From: Candidatus Pampinifervens sinense
GTDB lineage: Bacteria > Aquificota > Aquificia > Aquificales > Aquificaceae
DNA: 64,000 nucleotides
Assembly (NCBI GenBank): GCA_037927135.1
Contig: JAXSPP010000007.1
Span: 50,073 to 114,072 of the forward strand
Direction: 5' to 3'
Below the pieces are notes generated by a model. The model ran no database searches, had not been told where the DNA came from, and saw only the letters and a program-made list of their open reading frames with translations. Numbering within the stretch: the first letter of the stretch is position 1; every line of letters begins with the position of its first letter. This document shows positions 61,017 through 64,000 of the stretch, one piece after another. The position numbers were made by a program, and so were the translations under genes.

Positions 61017-61898
61017 AAGGATCTCTTCTACGGCCCCCTCCTTTCCTAGCCTTTCCATAGGTATCTCTATCCAGCCTTGCCTTCTGAACCACCTTATCTG
61101 CCTCTTGGCATACTCCTTTGTGTTCTTTATCATCTCCTCAAGGCACTCCTCAAGGCTTTTTTCACCCCTAAAGTAAGGTATAAACTCCTTGTAGCCTATG
61201 GCCTGCGGCGATGTCAAAAAACTCTCAAAGCCCTTCTTTAAAAGACCTTCTATCTCCTTTAAAAGCCCAACCTCCAGCATTCTATAGGCCCTCTCCTCTA
61301 TTCTTTTGCTTAAGGCCTCCCAGCTCCAGCTAAGGTAAAAGCCCATATAATCAAACCTTGGCCTATCCCATTTGTGAAAGGAAGAGAAGGGCCTTCCGGA
61401 GTTTATAAAGACCTCCAAGGCCCTCACTATCCTCCTTGTATCATTGGGAGAGATCTTTTTGGCATACAAAGGGTCAATGGCCAAAAGCTTCTGATAAAGG
61501 TAAGGGCTTCCCTTCCTTTGGGCTATGTGGTATAGCCTCTCCCTTAGCTTCCAGTCGGGAAGAGGAGTCTCCGCCATGCCATACAGAAGGGCCTGAATGT
61601 ACAGATAGGTCCCACCGCACACAATGGACAAGGCTTTTCTTTCTTCTATCTCCCTTATGGCCTTTAAAGAAAGCTCCTCAAAGAGCTTTGCATCAAAGAC
61701 CTCCCCCGGGTCCACAATATCAACAAGATGATGCCTTACATCCCTCATACAATCCAAAGGCTTTGCCGTGCCTATATCCATGCCCCTATAGACACACATG
61801 GAGTCTGCGCTTATGATCTCTCCCCCCACCCTTTTTGCCAAAAGACAGCAGACCTCCGACTTTCCGCTAGCCGTTGCTCCCCCAATCACTATCAACAT
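60975..61898 (-). CDS. miaA: tRNA dimethylallyltransferase
   Basis: GATASGKS, ADSM.VYRGMDIGTAK, GGT.LY, YAKRQ..W. Confidence 0.95.
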   Translation of the reverse strand: MLIVIGGATASGKSEVCCLLAKRVGGEIISADSMCVYRGMDIGTAKPLDCMRDVRHHLVDIVDPGEVFDAKLFEELSLKAIREIEERKALSIVCGGTYLYIQALLYGMAETPLPDWKLRERLYHIAQRKGSPYLYQKLLAIDPLYAKKISPNDTRRIVRALEVFINSGRPFSSFHKWDRPRFDYMGFYLSWSWEALSKRIEERAYRMLEVGLLKEIEGLLKKGFESFLTSPQAIGYKEFIPYFRGEKSLEECLEEMIKNTKEYAKRQIRWFRRQGWIEIPMERLGKEGAVEEILSHLRSTQNHGPYP

Positions 61899-62460
61899 GT
61901 TCAAAAAATAGGCCTATGCCAGCTATCCCATAGGCTCCGTTTTTATAACAGAGCCTTATCTTCTCCCAAGTTATACCCCCAAGGGCATAAACTGGTATAG
62001 AAAGGCTTTGAGACACCTCCTTTAGCACCGTAAGGCCTATGGGCTCCCTCTCCGGATGGCTTTGAGTTTTAAAGATAGGGCTAAGGGTTATAAAATCCGC
62101 ACCTTCCCTTTGGGCGTAAAGGGCCTCTTCCAAGCTATGGGCAGAGTAGCCCACCAAAAGCCCCGGAGCCATCCTCTTTACCACGCTTGGTGGAAAGCCC
62201 TTCTCCGGAAGATGCACACCATCGGCACCCACAGCCAAAGCTATATCCACCCTATCGTTTATAAAAAGCAAGGCCCCATAATCCTTTGTCATCTCCCTAA
62301 CTTTAAGGGCAAGCCTGTAATACTCAAGGCCCGAAATCTGCTTTTCTCTAAGTTGCACCATTTTTATGCCCTTTTTTAGGATCTTTTCAAGCCTTTCAAG
62401 GAAGTCTGGATACCTTTTGCTATCGGTGATGGCATAAAGCCTTGGGAGCTCCAGCTTCAT
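61867..62460 (-). CDS. thiE: thiamine-phosphate synthase family protein
   Basis: QLREK, INDRVD.A, DGVHL, SAH, ALGGI. Confidence 0.8.
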   Translation of the reverse strand: MKLELPRLYAITDSKRYPDFLERLEKILKKGIKMVQLREKQISGLEYYRLALKVREMTKDYGALLFINDRVDIALAVGADGVHLPEKGFPPSVVKRMAPGLLVGYSAHSLEEALYAQREGADFITLSPIFKTQSHPEREPIGLTVLKEVSQSLSIPVYALGGITWEKIRLCYKNGAYGIAGIGLFFEHVDSDWGSNG

Positions 62461-63014
62461 AGATACTGTTCTACTATCTCATCGTGGCTTGGTATCCTTT
62501 TGGAGATATCCGACCCTGTAAACTGGGCCACCCAGCCCTCTGGAATGGAGAAGAACCTAATGGCCTTAAAGAAGGGCCTTGTTCCCATATCAAACCAATG
62601 CTTTGTGTTGGCTGGCACGCTTATAAAATCCCCTTTTTCACACAAAACCACATAAACCTTATCATCGGGATGCAGATAAAAGGTGCCGCTTCCGTCCACA
62701 AAGAACCTCACCTCAAAGTCCGAATGGGTATGCTCAGAAAGAAACATGTTTCTGAGCTCTTCCCTCTTGGGATGGTCTGGAGTGAGGCTCACCACATCTA
62801 TGGATTTAAAGTCAAACTCCTTTACAATCCTCTCCACCTCTTCCTTGTAAGCCTGTAGAACCTCTTCCTGCGTAGCAGACCAAGGGAGCTCTCTATCTGT
62901 CTTCCATCTTTCAAAGCGCACACCTATGGAAGCAAGCCTCTCTTTTATGCTCTCATAATCCTTTATCACCTCTAAGGCCTTGCCACTTTCATCAAAAACC
63001 ACAAGCAGGCTCAT
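62457..63014 (-). CDS. mtnD: acireductone dioxygenase (methionine salvage)
   Basis: EHTH.D.EVRFFV.G.G, VPANTKHWFD. Confidence 0.9.
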   Translation of the reverse strand: MSLLVVFDESGKALEVIKDYESIKERLASIGVRFERWKTDRELPWSATQEEVLQAYKEEVERIVKEFDFKSIDVVSLTPDHPKREELRNMFLSEHTHSDFEVRFFVDGSGTFYLHPDDKVYVVLCEKGDFISVPANTKHWFDMGTRPFFKAIRFFSIPEGWVAQFTGSDISKRIPSHDEIVEQYL

Positions 63015-63564
63015 GTAAGGTATTATAAACCTTTCTTCCCACCAAGGTGGATATATTAAACTCCTCCCTGTAATATATGACCTCAAGCCCCTTGAAAAGC
63101 TCCAAAAGCTCACCCTCTTTCAGTAAATACTCAGGGTTAAAATCCTCCCTTACGCAAAGATGTTTGTAGTTGTATGTCTCAAAGATAAGCAAGCCACCTA
63201 TCTTTAAAGCCTTGATTATTTTAGGACATAGATTTCGGTTCAGGTAATAGAAGTTTATTACAAGGTCGTAGGCATCCTCCAAAAGCTCATAATCATCCAA
63301 GTCCGCACAGATAAAATTGACCTTTAGACCCCTTGCCTTGGCCTCTTGCCTTGCCATCTCTATGGCTGTGCAGGATATGTCTATGGCATCCACCAAAAAG
63401 CCCTTGCTTGCCAGGAAAAGGGCATTCTCTCCCGTTCCACAGGCAAGCTCCAGAGCCCTTCCCACCTTAGCCAAGTGATAAAAATCAAGAAGAGTCTTAT
63501 GCAAGCTTGACCTCCAACCCTTCTTATATCTTTCTTCCCATCTTTCCTTATCCTTTTGAGCCAT
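62992..63564 (-). CDS. class I SAM-dependent methyltransferase (TehB-like)
   Basis: ALELACGTGEN..FLA, DIS, L..GG.L. Confidence 0.8.
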   Translation of the reverse strand: MAQKDKERWEERYKKGWRSSLHKTLLDFYHLAKVGRALELACGTGENALFLASKGFLVDAIDISCTAIEMARQEAKARGLKVNFICADLDDYELLEDAYDLVINFYYLNRNLCPKIIKALKIGGLLIFETYNYKHLCVREDFNPEYLLKEGELLELFKGLEVIYYREEFNISTLVGRKVYNTLHEPACGF

Positions 63565-63573
63565 GGTAGGATA

Positions 63574-63903
63574 TTAAGAGTGATTTTCTGTAAGAGCTAT
63601 CTTAACCTTCTTAAAAATCTCCTCTACGCTATTTACAACAAAATCCTTATACTCATTAGGGGGATCATTCTTGCTGTAAATAAACAACAAAGTTCTCACG
63701 TTAATTCCATTGAAAGTCTTTACCTTTGGCTTGCCTTGATCCATAAAGATCTCCTTATAGCCATCTATCTTGTGCTGGTAATCTGTATACGTTAGTCCTT
63801 TAGGATCCACAAAAACTATAGCATACTCATTTCCTTTTTTAAACCAGAAGATAAAATCTGGATAATACTTTCTATATACGCCGAGTGAGAAATTCCCTTT
63901 AAG
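63574..63903 (-). pseudogene. C-terminal remnant of a type III restriction enzyme (Res) nuclease domain
   Basis: Frame reads YYPDFIFWF...IVFVDPKG (PD-(D/E)xK); in-frame TAG at 63906-63904; no helicase part. Confidence 0.6.
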
Positions 63904-63933
63904 CTAAACCTTCCATATCAATAAAAAGACAGC

Positions 63934-63956
63934 AGGGCTACTATAATAGTAGCCCT
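63934..63956. promoter_or_regulatory. perfect 11-bp inverted repeat containing TATAAT (operator or terminator)
   Basis: AGGGCTACTAT-A-ATAGTAGCCCT. Confidence 0.55.
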
Positions 63957-63979
63957 AAAAACCATCGGAGGTTTTTACC

Positions 63980-64000
63980 ATGGAAATTATACCACCTTAC
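63980..64000 (+). CDS. possible start of a CDS cut by the window end (MEIIPPY...)
   Basis: GGAGG SD followed by ATG at 63980. Confidence 0.4.

Noticed and set aside
162-62858. Numerous 60-170 aa ORFs antisense or out of frame within identified genes
   Set aside because: Shadow ORFs without recognisable motifs or ribosome-binding sites

Overview
Gene-dense bacterial chromosome window, most consistent with Aquificae (Hydrogenobacter/Thermocrinis/Aquifex-like). The basis is a citryl-CoA synthetase large subunit, ApgM, a group 3b NiFe hydrogenase, scattered biosynthetic genes and heavy AGG/ATA codon use; the taxonomy is inference. It holds about 70 CDS, mostly housekeeping, including a flagellar export cluster (flgG-fliLOPQR-flhB) and a four-gene NiFe hydrogenase, plus tRNA-Asp(GTC) and tRNA-Ala(GGC). 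The main unexplained elements are: (1) a 540-bp non-coding locus between convergent bioB and comM with an AT tract, 11 exact TGTGAAATT cores in divergent orientation with 84-bp phasing, and further palindromes (origin-like or centromere-like); (2) a candidate ~88-nt small RNA upstream of sfsA with a consensus promoter, a C-rich loop and a terminator; (3) a 469-aa protein that appears to alternate encapsulated-ferritin-like and CsbD-like modules; (4) trpC apparently starting at AUA; (5) widespread leaderless-type starts, including bidirectional -10 elements; (6) a FabX-like enzyme, a nonsense-interrupted ArnT-family gene and a type III restriction remnant at the right edge. All protein calls come from motif recognition and recall; no database searches were run.
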